DNA of 64,000 nucleotides, taken from assembly GCA_043821645.1 (NCBI GenBank), contig JBDRCO010000072.1, forward strand, positions 32,001 to 96,000. The letters run 5' to 3'. A program made the translations under genes and the position numbers. Positions 18,810-29,099 of the stretch are shown one piece after another; the stretch's first letter is position 1, and every line of letters starts with the position of its first letter. Below the pieces are notes generated by a model. The model was not told where the DNA came from. It searched no databases and saw nothing but the letters and a program-made list of their open reading frames with translations. The DNA comes from Pseudomonadota bacterium. GTDB lineage: Bacteria > Myxococcota > JACRCW01 > JAFGSX01.

Positions 18810-20213
18810 TCACTTTCCCTGAGCGGTGGGCGCCCCGGGGCCCAGCACGAGCAAGCGTTCGGAGGCGAGCCGCACCAGGGGATCGACCATGGGATCGCTG
18901 GTGGGACCCAGGGCCACCCCGGAGTCCGACAGCACCACATCTGGGTCCAGGGGGTGATCCAGGGGCTTTCCCGAGGGAGACAGGTAGCGTGCCGTGGTCA
19001 CCTTGGCGACCGCGCCGTCGCTGAAGCGCAGGAACTGCTGTACCGAGCCCTTGCCGAAGGTGGTTTGCCCCAGCAGCGCGGCACCGCGCCGCTCGCGCAG
19101 GGCCTGGGCGATGAGCTCGGCGGCGCTGGCGGTGTCATGGTCCACCAGAACCACCAGGGGCACGTGGGAGCAGGGGCCCGCGGCCTTGACCACGAGATGT
19201 CCGAGGTCGCGCTGCCCCCGGCCCTCGAGGTGGGCCACGGGGCCGGGCTCCAGGAACAGGCCCGCGAAGTTCTCGGCCTCATCGACGCGTCCACCTTCGT
19301 TGCCACGCAGGTCCAGCACCACACCCTGCCGCCTGTCACAGGCAAGGTGCGGAGCCAGTTCCTGGGTCGTGTGCGCGGTCATGGGACCGGGCCTCACATA
19401 CAGAACCTTGCCCTGGGCCAGCTCGCGCACCCAGGGACGTGCCGCTGGGCGCTCCTCGCGCATCAGGTCGACGGTGAGATCGACCCCACTACGCCGGGTG
19501 ACGCCGACGCGGGTCCGGCTGCCGCACGGACCAGAAAGCAGGGCGTAGATCTCCGCGGCATCCATGCCACGGCAGGGCTTGCCGTCGACGGAGCGCACCC
19601 TGTCTCCGCGCTCGATGCCACCCACGTAGGCGGGCGAGCCTGGGCGCACATGGCGTACCATCCCCTCCTGGCCACATTCGAGGGCAATGCCGACGTCGGC
19701 AGGCGTCTGATCGGGTTCGTACGACAGGCGCTGCACCATGTCCCGGGTCAGGTAGACCGTGTAGCAGTTGCCCATGCCCTGCACGGCGCCCCGCAGCGCA
19801 GACTCCACCAGACGTTCCCGCGGAACCCGGGTCGCGCCGTGGAGTGCATCCGCCGCCTTGAGGATCCCGACCATCACCTCGTCCAGTTCGGTGGGATGGG
19901 GCAGCGAGGCGACGGTCTGCCGTCCCACGCGGATGCGGTATCGCTCGCGGTGTGAGCTGGCGTCGAAGTCGGCGCGCGGGACCTGCTGCACCATGGCCAC
20001 CAGCGCTCCGCGCAGCATGCCGTCGACGTCGGGGGGGGTGTAGTAGATCGCCGTGACGCCCGACAGGACCTCCTCGATCTGGGCCCAGGTGTCATCCTCG
20101 GCGCGGGAGGCCTGCCCGGCACCCTGCGCGCCCGCAAGGGCCAGCGCGGCAAGCACGACCGCGGCTCTTGGCGCTCGCTGCACCCGTGCTCTGTGAAGGC
20201 TCGTCTGCCGCAC
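18810..20213 (-). CDS. Carboxyl-terminal processing protease (S41A, PDZ)
   Basis: PDZ motif GSPA..GGIERGD, LDLRGNEGG, TASAAE (catalytic Ser) and TFGKGSVQ (catalytic Lys). Signal peptide. Start uncertain. Confidence 0.88.
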   Translation of the reverse strand: MRQTSLHRARVQRAPRAAVVLAALALAGAQGAGQASRAEDDTWAQIEEVLSGVTAIYYTPPDVDGMLRGALVAMVQQVPRADFDASSHRERYRIRVGRQTVASLPHPTELDEVMVGILKAADALHGATRVPRERLVESALRGAVQGMGNCYTVYLTRDMVQRLSYEPDQTPADVGIALECGQEGMVRHVRPGSPAYVGGIERGDRVRSVDGKPCRGMDAAEIYALLSGPCGSRTRVGVTRRSGVDLTVDLMREERPAARPWVRELAQGKVLYVRPGPMTAHTTQELAPHLACDRRQGVVLDLRGNEGGRVDEAENFAGLFLEPGPVAHLEGRGQRDLGHLVVKAAGPCSHVPLVVLVDHDTASAAELIAQALRERRGAALLGQTTFGKGSVQQFLRFSDGAVAKVTTARYLSPSGKPLDHPLDPDVVLSDSGVALGPTSDPMVDPLVRLASERLLVLGPGAPTAQGK

Positions 20214-20510
20214 CTGCTGCTCTCCCGGGTGTCGCCGGAATTATGCTGCCCCCCGGTGGCCCGACGCCGCGCGGCCCGCGTGCGCGCGATGCAGTATGCC
20301 ACGACCGTGAGACGGTCGACAGACCACAGGTGTTCAAGATCGACATTTCTGGCCGGTGCGGGCGCTCCGTTCTATATTGCGACTCGCGGCGGCCCCGGGA
20401 TGGGTTCGCACGCGGCAGTGCACGGATGGTGCACCCGAAAGGTACGCGCGAGGCGACCCGGGAGAGATGGCCAGGGTCCGTCCTTGACACCTGGGAGCGG
20501 AGCGCCGATC

Positions 20511-20519
20511 TGTTACACT
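20511..20519 (+). promoter_or_regulatory. Possible extended -10 element (TG-n-TACACT) for clpX
   Basis: TGTTACACT about 50 nt upstream of the clpX GTG. A TTGACA at 20484 is 24 nt away, too far to be its -35. Confidence 0.3.
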
Positions 20520-20568
20520 GTGTGAGGGACCCCGGCGGTGCCCTTCGCGCGAGACAGGAGCCGGACAC

Positions 20569-21819
20569 GTGAGCCGTCGCAGCACCCATGGTGGACACCT
20601 CAACTGCTCGTTCTGCGGCAAGAGCCAGCGCGAGGTGCGCAAGCTCATCGCCGGGCCCACGGTCTACATCTGCGACGAGTGCATCCGGCTGTGCAATGAC
20701 ATCATCGCCGAGGAGAGCCAGCGCCAGGGCGAGGAAGCGCAGCCCGAGAACCTGGCCCGACCGCGCGAGATCAAGGCCTTTCTCGATGACTACGTGGTGG
20801 GCCAGGAGCGCGCCAAGAAGGTGCTGTCGGTCGCGGTCTACAACCACTACAAGCGCATCTTCTCGCGCGTGGACCAGGGCGGGGTCGAGATCGCCAAGAG
20901 CAACATCCTGCTGCTCGGCCCCACCGGAGTGGGCAAGACCCTGCTGGCGCAGTCCCTGGCCAAGTTCCTCAACGTGCCCTTCGCCATGGCCGACGCCACC
21001 ACCCTGACCGAGGCCGGCTACGTCGGTGAGGATGTCGAGTCCGTGATCCAGAGCCTGCTGGCCACCGCCGACAACGACGTGGAAAAGGCGGCTAAGGGCA
21101 TCGTCTACATCGACGAGATCGACAAGGTTGCACGCAAGGGTGAGGGCCCGAGCGTGACCCGCGACGTCTCCGGTGAGGGCGTGCAGCAGGGCCTGCTCAA
21201 GCTCATCGAGGGCACCCGCGCCAACGTGACCCCGCGCGGCGCCAAGAAGTACTCGCACCAGGAATACGTCGCCGTCGACACCACCAACATCCTGTTCATC
21301 GTCGGTGGATCGTTCAATGGCCTGGACCAGCTGATCAGCCGACGCATCGGGCGCAAGGGCATCGGCTTCGGCGCCGAGCTGATCTACAAATCGGAGCAGC
21401 GACTGGGCGAGATCCTGCGCCACGTCAAACCCGTGGACATGGTGCAGTACGGCCTGATCCCCGAATTCGTGGGGCGCCTGCCCGTGATCGCCACCCTCGA
21501 CGACCTCAGCCGCGAGGACCTGATCACCATCCTCACCCAGCCCAAGAACGCGCTGTCGCGCCAGTACAAGAAGCTGTTCGACCTCGAGAAGGTCAAGCTC
21601 AGCTTCACCCGTGGCGCCCTCGAGGCTGCAGCCGATCAGGCCATGAAGCGCAAGGGAGGAGCGCGCAGCCTGCGCGCCATCCTCGAGAACGTGATGCTCG
21701 ACATCATGTACACCGTGCCCTACCTGCCCGGGATCAAGGAATGCAAGGTCACCCGGGAAGTGGTCGAGTCTGGCGCCGAACCCATCCTGATCATCGAGGA
21801 AGAGAAGAAGGTCGGATAG
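20569..21819 (+). CDS. clpX: ATP-dependent Clp protease ATP-binding subunit ClpX
   Basis: C4 zinc finger CSFC...CDEC, Walker [30 protein letters not shown] and IGF loop. AGGAG SD. Confidence 0.97.
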   Translation: MSRRSTHGGHLNCSFCGKSQREVRKLIAGPTVYICDECIRLCNDIIAEESQRQGEEAQPENLARPREIKAFLDDYVVGQERAKKVLSVAVYNHYKRIFSRVDQGGVEIAKSNILLLGPTGVGKTLLAQSLAKFLNVPFAMADATTLTEAGYVGEDVESVIQSLLATADNDVEKAAKGIVYIDEIDKVARKGEGPSVTRDVSGEGVQQGLLKLIEGTRANVTPRGAKKYSHQEYVAVDTTNILFIVGGSFNGLDQLISRRIGRKGIGFGAELIYKSEQRLGEILRHVKPVDMVQYGLIPEFVGRLPVIATLDDLSREDLITILTQPKNALSRQYKKLFDLEKVKLSFTRGALEAAADQAMKRKGGARSLRAILENVMLDIMYTVPYLPGIKECKVTREVVESGAEPILIIEEEKKVG

Positions 21820-21884
21820 TCGGTTTATCCGTGCCCCGCCTCCTGCCTTGACCCTGCGCCGTCTGCCGAACAGGATCGCCGATC

Positions 21885-22865
<981 letters not shown>

Positions 22866-22867
22866 GC

Positions 22868-24187
22868 ATGCTGCCGTCGCTGCGCCTCGCCGGGCTGTGC
22901 GCGGCCCTGTCCACGCTCACCCTCGGGGCGACGCTGTGGCCGCAGGCCCTGTGGGCCGGACTCGCCGCACAGCTCACGCTCCTCGCCTGCGCCCTGCTCG
23001 ACGGCCTGCTCATCCACGGCCAGCCCAAGCCGCAGGTGCGACGCGTGTTGCCCTCGAAGCTGGTGCTGCACCGTCCGGCCGAGGTCCGGCTGGATGTGTC
23101 GGGGCTGCGCCGAGATGAGCGGATCGTGCTCGCGGACACGCCGCCATCCTTCCTGCATAGCGAGGCTCACAGAGGTGAGTTCCTTGTCGGCGGCGAAACC
23201 GCGACCCTGAAGTATCAGGTGCTCCCCCTGCAACGAGGCGCGTGGAGCTATGGACCGGTAGAGCTGCGCCGCAGGGGGCCCCTGGGGCTGGTGCACCGGC
23301 GATGGCGCTGGTCGCTCGACGACAGCATCGAGGTACTGCCGGACCTCGCCGCGGCAGGGCGCGCCGCTCTGGCCATCCGCAAGGCGCACCGCCTCGGTGC
23401 CGGGCGCGGTGTGCGCGGTGCCGCCGGAAGCGGGCGCGAGTTCGATTCGTTGCGCCCCTACGTGCGCGGTGACGACGTGCGGCTGGTGGACTGGAAGGCC
23501 ACGGCACGGCGACGCCAGCCCGTGGTCCGCCATGACCAGGCCGAGCGCCACCAGAATGTGTTGCTGGTGCTCGACGCCGGACGGCACATGACCGCGCGCT
23601 CCCGCGCTCGCCGCGGAGCCGGTCAGGCGAGCAAGCTGGACCTGGCCCTGGAGGCCGCGCTGGCGCTTGCCTGCGCAGCCATCGACGTGGGCGACCGCGT
23701 GGGCGCCCTGATCTTCGACGACAAGCCACGCCACTTCGTGCCCTGTGGTACGGGCCGCCGCCACCTGCACCAGCTGTCTCGCCGCATTGGCATGGTGCAG
23801 GCCCGGCTGGTGGAAGCGGACCCCGCCGCAGCCCTGGCCGTGGTCCTACACAGACTGGCGCGGCGCAGCCTGGTCTGCCTGTTCACCGACGTCAGCGATC
23901 CGCTGTCGGCCCGGGCCCTGGTCGAGGCGCAGCGGGTGCTGGCACGGCGGCACCTGGTCCTGGTGGTGGCCTTGCGCGATCCCGATTTCGACCGCGACCG
24001 GGGCGTGCACGACCCCGCCAGCGATTCCTTCGAGCGCCTGGCAGTGCACGAACTGCTCACCCTGCGCGGCCGCGCGCTACACCTGCTAAGCAGCGCAGGA
24101 GCGGCCGTTGTCGACGTGGGTGCGCACCAGATTCGGACCTCGACCCTGGATGCCTACCTCGACATCAAGCTGCGCGGTCGGCTCTGA
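22868..24187 (+). CDS. DUF58-domain membrane protein (MoxR partner)
   Basis: Two N-terminal TM segments, EFDSLRPYVRGDDVRLVDWKATAR and LVLDAGRHM. Starts 2 nt after the moxR stop. Confidence 0.9.
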   Translation: MLPSLRLAGLCAALSTLTLGATLWPQALWAGLAAQLTLLACALLDGLLIHGQPKPQVRRVLPSKLVLHRPAEVRLDVSGLRRDERIVLADTPPSFLHSEAHRGEFLVGGETATLKYQVLPLQRGAWSYGPVELRRRGPLGLVHRRWRWSLDDSIEVLPDLAAAGRAALAIRKAHRLGAGRGVRGAAGSGREFDSLRPYVRGDDVRLVDWKATARRRQPVVRHDQAERHQNVLLVLDAGRHMTARSRARRGAGQASKLDLALEAALALACAAIDVGDRVGALIFDDKPRHFVPCGTGRRHLHQLSRRIGMVQARLVEADPAAALAVVLHRLARRSLVCLFTDVSDPLSARALVEAQRVLARRHLVLVVALRDPDFDRDRGVHDPASDSFERLAVHELLTLRGRALHLLSSAGAAVVDVGAHQIRTSTLDAYLDIKLRGRL

Positions 24188-24241
24188 GGACGCTGTGCTG
24201 CAGCCTGTCAGCCCGGCCACCCCAAGGCCCCAAACTAGGCG

Positions 24242-24270
24242 TTGCCGCATACCGTGGCCTGTACTAGCTT
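24242..24270 (+). promoter_or_regulatory. Sigma70-type promoter for tRNA-Arg
   Basis: TTGCCG (24242-47), 17-nt spacer, TAGCTT (24265-70), then a GC-rich discriminator GCCGCGG, 12 nt upstream of the tRNA. Confidence 0.55.
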
Positions 24271-24282
24271 GCCGCGGCGAAT

Positions 24283-24356
24283 GCGCGATTAGCTCAGTTG
24301 GATAGAGCGTTGGCCTCCGAAGCCAAAGGCCACAGGTTCGAATCCTGTATCGCGCG
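24283..24356 (+). tRNA. tRNA-Arg(CCG)
   Basis: Acceptor stem GCGCGAT/ATCGCGC. D arm GCTC-AGTTGGATA-GAGC. Anticodon arm TTGGC-CTCCGAA-GCCAA. T arm ACAGG-TTCGAAT-CCTGT. CCA is not encoded. Confidence 0.96.
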
Positions 24357-24416
24357 CTCCTGTTCACCCTTTCGCACCGCCATCCACGGTGCGTGCGAAC
24401 TCGCGGAGTGAGGCGC

Positions 24417-24818
24417 ATGGGGGACCGCAAGAAGGCCGCAGATCGACGCAGTGCCAGCCAGCCGGTGAGCGCGGACAGACGCAGGTCCGATCGGCGACAG
24501 TCGGTGCGCGCGCCCATCGACATGTGGATGGAGGAGTCCAAGGGCAATGAGCTCTACTTCCGCCGCACCGGAAACCTGTCGTCGGGCGGGGTGTTCTTCG
24601 AGCAGAGCATCCCGCATCCCCTGGGCACCCGCGTCAGCCTCAAGTTCACCTTGCCCGGACACCAGACCGTGATCGAGGCCGTGGCAGAGATCGTGAACAC
24701 CCCCGGCGAGAAAGACGGCCTGGGCATGGGCGTACGCTTCGTCGAGCTCGGCCAGCCCGACCGCGATCGCATCGCGTCCTTCGTGCGCCAGAGCGTCGAG
24801 AATCCGGGGGCGCGCTGA
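24417..24818 (+). CDS. Single PilZ-domain protein (TIGR02266-like)
   Basis: RQSVR (RxxxR), NLSSGGVF and GMGVRF. GGAGTGAGG SD before ATG 24417. Confidence 0.88.
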   Translation: MGDRKKAADRRSASQPVSADRRRSDRRQSVRAPIDMWMEESKGNELYFRRTGNLSSGGVFFEQSIPHPLGTRVSLKFTLPGHQTVIEAVAEIVNTPGEKDGLGMGVRFVELGQPDRDRIASFVRQSVENPGAR

Positions 24819-24885
24819 CCACCCCCGCAGGAGCGCGCAGCAAGCCCTGCAGCCCCACACCTTCGACTCTGCGGGGAACCCTGGT

Positions 24886-25320
24886 CTAGATTTCTGTCAC
24901 GGACAGGTTGACCTGCACCGCCTTGTTGGCCTCGATGGTGACCCCGGGGGTGCAGCCAAAGCCGCGGCGCGCGCTGGTGTTCAGGTCCACCACTTCGGCC
25001 CCGAAGATGCGATCCGGGCCCGCCGGAATGTCGATGAGTTCCAGGGTCACCGCGCCACTTTCGAGCTGGTTGGCATTGGCGCTGTCCTTGGCGAGGATGT
25101 CGATGCGGCTGGTGTCCTGAAAGGTGGGGTCGCTGGCCTGCAGCATGCTGCAGCTGACCTTGCCTCCACCCTTGAGGTCCTGGGACAGCACGTAGACCGT
25201 GAGCACGTCGGTGGATGAGAAGGCCGCCAGCTCGAGGGTCAGCTCGGTGCGGCCGCCGACCTCGGGGCCACAGGCCGAGAGCATCAGAGCCAGACCTGTC
25301 AGCAGGCAGAAGCTGCGCAT
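24886..25320 (-). CDS. Hypothetical lipoprotein (beta-sandwich-like)
   Basis: Lipobox MLSAC and GAGGAG SD. Confidence 0.75.
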   Translation of the reverse strand: MRSFCLLTGLALMLSACGPEVGGRTELTLELAAFSSTDVLTVYVLSQDLKGGGKVSCSMLQASDPTFQDTSRIDILAKDSANANQLESGAVTLELIDIPAGPDRIFGAEVVDLNTSARRGFGCTPGVTIEANKAVQVNLSVTEI

Positions 25321-25365
25321 GAGAACTCCTCAGGCCGTGGGTGGCGGAAGACCCACCACAGGTCG

Positions 25366-26250
25366 TCAGTTCTTGGTCACCGTGACCGTTGCCGTGCCCG
25401 TGCCCTGCTGCGAGAGCAGCACGTAGGCGCCTATCCCGACCAGGGCGCCCACCACGACCACGGCACCGGTGACCACGCCGATGGTCACCCACAGGGTCGT
25501 GTCGTCCTCCTCCGCGGTCCCGGAACCCGTGCCGCTGCCAAGGTCGGCCTGGGTCCCCAGCACCTCGAAGACCAGGGGCAGCGTCGGAGTGCCCACACCG
25601 GTGAGCCGGCTGTCCGCAGCGTCGGTGGCTTCCGAGTAGTACTCCACCGTGTAGTCCTCGGGATCGGCGTCAAGGATGAAGCCGGGCACCGTACCGACCC
25701 AGCCTCCGTCGTCGCCCCGGACCGCATCCACCGGTGTGTAGTGCGGTGTGCCCACGCGGCGGTAGAAGAACTGCACGCGCTGGATCTGGGCGGCGCGGGT
25801 CCGGTCACCGATCTCCAGGCGCAGGGCCACGTCCTTGCCTGGCTGCACCGAACCGACCGGCGTGAGCTGGGGCTTGAAGGTCTCATCCAGACCACCGGAG
25901 GTGCGCAAGGTTGAGAACACCGCGTCGAAGACTTCTCGCACCTTGGGCGACACACCGCGGGGCATGGTGTAGCTGGGGTCCGCGAGGATCAGGTTTCGAA
26001 ATGCGGCCTCGGCCCGGGCTCGCTTGCCCAGTGCCACCATCACGGTGCCCTGCAGACGGTACAGGTCGACCAGCTCGGCCTTCTGCAGACCGCCGGACGC
26101 CAGAGCCTTGCGCAGGACCCGGGCGGCCTGGTCGTACTCGGCCTCGTCGACAAGGTTCTGCGCCTCGGACACAGCGTCGGCGCGGGCGTTCACGCTGACC
26201 GACAGTGCACCGAAGACGCACAGAACTGCGAGCGCTCGATGGGGTTTCAT
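25366..26250 (-). CDS. Exported TPR-containing protein with a C-terminal hydrophobic segment
   Basis: Signal peptide ending ARA. TPR-like helices (YRLQGTVMVALG..A.AEAAF). Ig-like part (VEYYSEA). TM segment LWVTIGVVTGAVVVVGALVGIGAYVLL. Confidence 0.75.
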   Translation of the reverse strand: MKPHRALAVLCVFGALSVSVNARADAVSEAQNLVDEAEYDQAARVLRKALASGGLQKAELVDLYRLQGTVMVALGKRARAEAAFRNLILADPSYTMPRGVSPKVREVFDAVFSTLRTSGGLDETFKPQLTPVGSVQPGKDVALRLEIGDRTRAAQIQRVQFFYRRVGTPHYTPVDAVRGDDGGWVGTVPGFILDADPEDYTVEYYSEATDAADSRLTGVGTPTLPLVFEVLGTQADLGSGTGSGTAEEDDTTLWVTIGVVTGAVVVVGALVGIGAYVLLSQQGTGTATVTVTKN

Positions 26251-26364
26251 GGCGCCATCGAACGACGGGGCGAGGTCGATGTCAAGCGCACCCACTTCGC
26301 CGATGCATACCAGATCTGGCCGTTTTTTTGCGCTGAGAGCCGAGTGGTGGCTCAATGGAGCTCA

Positions 26365-26856
26365 ATGGCACCACAACGCACCCCCTGTCCCCCGCGCCCC
26401 CCCGCGACCCGCCGCCGGAGGCCGCGCATCGAAGTCGTCGATCACCAGAACCTGGTCGGGCACTGGGGCTTTGCGCCGGCGGGCGAGGCTCCCGGGCAGG
26501 CTCGCGGCTGCCTCAGCCTGGAGCCCTCGGGTCTGGCCCGCTGGACCCCACCAGCCGCGGCCGGTGCGGATGCCAGGCGTGGCCTGTGGTGCCTGGCCGG
26601 AACCCACCTGGTACTTGCCCTCGACGGTGGCGCCGCCTTCTCGGGCCCGGTGGTGCCCATGAGCAAGCGACTGCTGTGGGGCGCCGGTGTGTGGGTGCGC
26701 CTGGTGCGCGAGGCCTCACGGCCCACGCTGTGCCGGACCCGCGCCCGCGCCATGGGCACACGGGTGACGCCGCGCCCGACCCTGGCTCGGGTGGCGCCTG
26801 CCCTGGCTTCTGCCGCGGCCTTGCTGATGGCCCTGGGTGCGCTCCTGCCTTCGTGA
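26365..26856 (+). CDS. Hypothetical protein with a C-terminal hydrophobic helix
   Basis: GGAG just before ATG 26365, and the ORF fills an otherwise empty gap. No recognised motif. Confidence 0.4.
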   Translation: MAPQRTPCPPRPPATRRRRPRIEVVDHQNLVGHWGFAPAGEAPGQARGCLSLEPSGLARWTPPAAAGADARRGLWCLAGTHLVLALDGGAAFSGPVVPMSKRLLWGAGVWVRLVREASRPTLCRTRARAMGTRVTPRPTLARVAPALASAAALLMALGALLPS

Positions 26857-27082
26857 CCCGAGGCGGGATAGCAGGCCTCTCGTCTATCTATGCCCGCGGC
26901 GACCAGCCCATGACACCGGCCTCCGGCGATGCCCCGCTGAGCCTGACCAAACCGGTGCTGCTCGACGTCCATCTGAACCGATGCTTCGAGGCGCCGGGCA
27001 TCCCCGATGGCGCGACCGGCAGGGGCACTGCGGGCCTGGCCCGGATTGGCATATACTGCATGGGAACACCCGGGGAGGCCCG

Positions 27083-29095
27083 ATGAGCTGGCGACCGCTC
27101 GTGCCTGCGTTCGGCGCAATGCTCTGGCTGGCGGGCTGTCCACCGCAGAGCAACGTGATCTACTGCAATACCAGCCGGGAGTGTCCGGCTGCGAACCGCT
27201 GTGTCGACGGACGCTGCCAGCTTTTCACCCCGCCCGCGGATGCCGCGGCTGCGGACGGCGTGATCCTCGACGCGTCGAGACCCGACGCGACACGCCTCGA
27301 TAGCACGACCCGGGATCGCGCCTCCTCCGGCGACGCGGCGGCCTCAGACCATGCCCTGGGCCAGGACCGGCCGACAGATGCGTCTGCAGGAGATGGCACG
27401 GCACGCGACGACGCCTCGGGACGGGATGCCCTGACGAGCCCGGACAGTGCCGCGCTGGACGCGCAGCCCACGGATGCCGGTTCCGGCGACACCGGGCCCC
27501 AGCCCGATGCCTCTGTCGCGACCGATGCCCTGCAGGCTGGCGACGCCACCTGGCCGGACTCGGCGACCGCGGACGCAGCCGGGACCACAGCCATGAGCGC
27601 CCTGCAGCTGTGCAGCGTGTACCTGAGCGCCATGCAGACGAATGGGACCTGCCAGGAACAACCCACCTATGCTGCCGAACTCTCGGATCAGGAGCTGCTG
27701 CAGCGGGCCTGTCGACCAGGCATGGCCGCCCGGCGCTGGGCGGACGATCTCCTCGCCTCGTGGACGGCTGGTCGCGTCGTCCTGGACTGGCCCCTGGCCT
27801 GGGCCTGCCTGGAGGCCTCGCGCACTCTTCGCCTGCGCAATCCAGGCTACGCCCTGCCCGACGACCAGGGCTGGCAGCAGCTGCAGGCCACCACCTGCCA
27901 CGACTTTCACCAGGGGGCGGTGGCCGACGGAGAGCCCTGCAACTGGTCCTGGGACTGCGCCGACGGCAGTGCCTGCTACACGCTCACCCCCTACCTCGCG
28001 GACAGCACCGTGTGCGGCCAGCCGGGGAGCCTGCATGCGAGCTGTTCCACGGCCTGGCCCTGTGCCGAGAACCTGTACTGTAACGCCGACACCTGCGAGG
28101 TCCTGAAGCAGCCCGGCGAGCAGTGCGTGATGGGCGAGGAGTGCGCGTCCAGCTCCTGTGCGAACAACCTGTGCAGTGCGCTGCCGGCACCCCCCATCGA
28201 GGTGGGCCAGGTTTGCCACGACGGGGACATCTGTGCGGGTGACTGCCACGCGTGCCTCCCTGTCACGTCGACGGGAACAGCACGGCAGTGCCAGCATCTC
28301 GCGCTCAGGGGTGCCTACTGCCGGGATCGCAACGACTGCCTGCCCGATCTGGGGTGCACCAGTCAGCGCTGCACCACCGTCGGCGTGGGCGAGGTGTGCG
28401 GGGATGCCAGCGGGTCCCTGTGCCATGCAGACCTGTTCTGTGTGCACGCCGAGGATTGCCACAGCTACGACGGAGACAGCACGGCCTGTCAGGCGCACGC
28501 ACCGAGCTGTGTCGTCGGAGTCGGCCAGGTTTGCAACCCGGGAGCCAGGACCTGCGTGAGCAGCCTGCCTGCCAGCGGCGCCTGTCTGCCAGATGGCGAG
28601 TGCGCCGAGGCGCGGTACTGCGATCCCGCGGGGCAGTGCCGGCCCCTGGCCGTGCGCACCCAGGCCTGCTCCAGCGACGGAGCGACGGCGCCGCGCTGCG
28701 GGGACGACCTGGTGTGCGTCAATGGTCTGTGCCAGTTCGTCTGTGCCGTCCCCGAGGACTGCCAGCCCGGAGATTTCTGCAACAGCTCCAGCAAGCAGTG
28801 TGAATCCCTGCCCTCCAGCGCATGCACCAGCGACGTGCAGTGCGGTCTCGATCGCTTCTGCGACACGTCCAGCAACAGCTGCCTCGCGACACTCGGCGTC
28901 GGGGCCCCCTGCAGCCGGGACGTTCAGTGCAGCACAGAACAATGCCTGGCGGACCCGGCCAGCGGAGCCCAGCGCTGCGCCATCGACCACGTCGACGGCT
29001 GCATCCCCGACCATCGCGCGGACTGGGTGCGCCTGGTGTTCTTGTTCGGTGCGGTCCTGTTCACCGCGCGCCGCCGATTGCACAGGGGAGACTGA
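27083..29095 (+). CDS. Cys-rich lipoprotein (Dickkopf/EB-like repeats) with a DAG/DAS linker and a C-terminal CTERM-like tail
   Basis: GGGAGG SD and lipobox WLAGC. Many C-x5-C-x5-C repeats. Ends GCIPDHRADWVRLVFLFGAVLFTARRR. Confidence 0.82.
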   Translation: MSWRPLVPAFGAMLWLAGCPPQSNVIYCNTSRECPAANRCVDGRCQLFTPPADAAAADGVILDASRPDATRLDSTTRDRASSGDAAASDHALGQDRPTDASAGDGTARDDASGRDALTSPDSAALDAQPTDAGSGDTGPQPDASVATDALQAGDATWPDSATADAAGTTAMSALQLCSVYLSAMQTNGTCQEQPTYAAELSDQELLQRACRPGMAARRWADDLLASWTAGRVVLDWPLAWACLEASRTLRLRNPGYALPDDQGWQQLQATTCHDFHQGAVADGEPCNWSWDCADGSACYTLTPYLADSTVCGQPGSLHASCSTAWPCAENLYCNADTCEVLKQPGEQCVMGEECASSSCANNLCSALPAPPIEVGQVCHDGDICAGDCHACLPVTSTGTARQCQHLALRGAYCRDRNDCLPDLGCTSQRCTTVGVGEVCGDASGSLCHADLFCVHAEDCHSYDGDSTACQAHAPSCVVGVGQVCNPGARTCVSSLPASGACLPDGECAEARYCDPAGQCRPLAVRTQACSSDGATAPRCGDDLVCVNGLCQFVCAVPEDCQPGDFCNSSSKQCESLPSSACTSDVQCGLDRFCDTSSNSCLATLGVGAPCSRDVQCSTEQCLADPASGAQRCAIDHVDGCIPDHRADWVRLVFLFGAVLFTARRRLHRGD

Positions 29096-29099
29096 GGCC

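Noticed and set aside
20484-20519. TTGACA...TACACT as a canonical sigma70 promoter
   Set aside because: The spacer is 24 nt. Only the extended -10 is kept, at low confidence.
24283-24356. tRNA-Arg as the integration site of a genomic island
   Set aside because: I saw no integrase, no duplicated tRNA 3' end and no obvious compositional shift.
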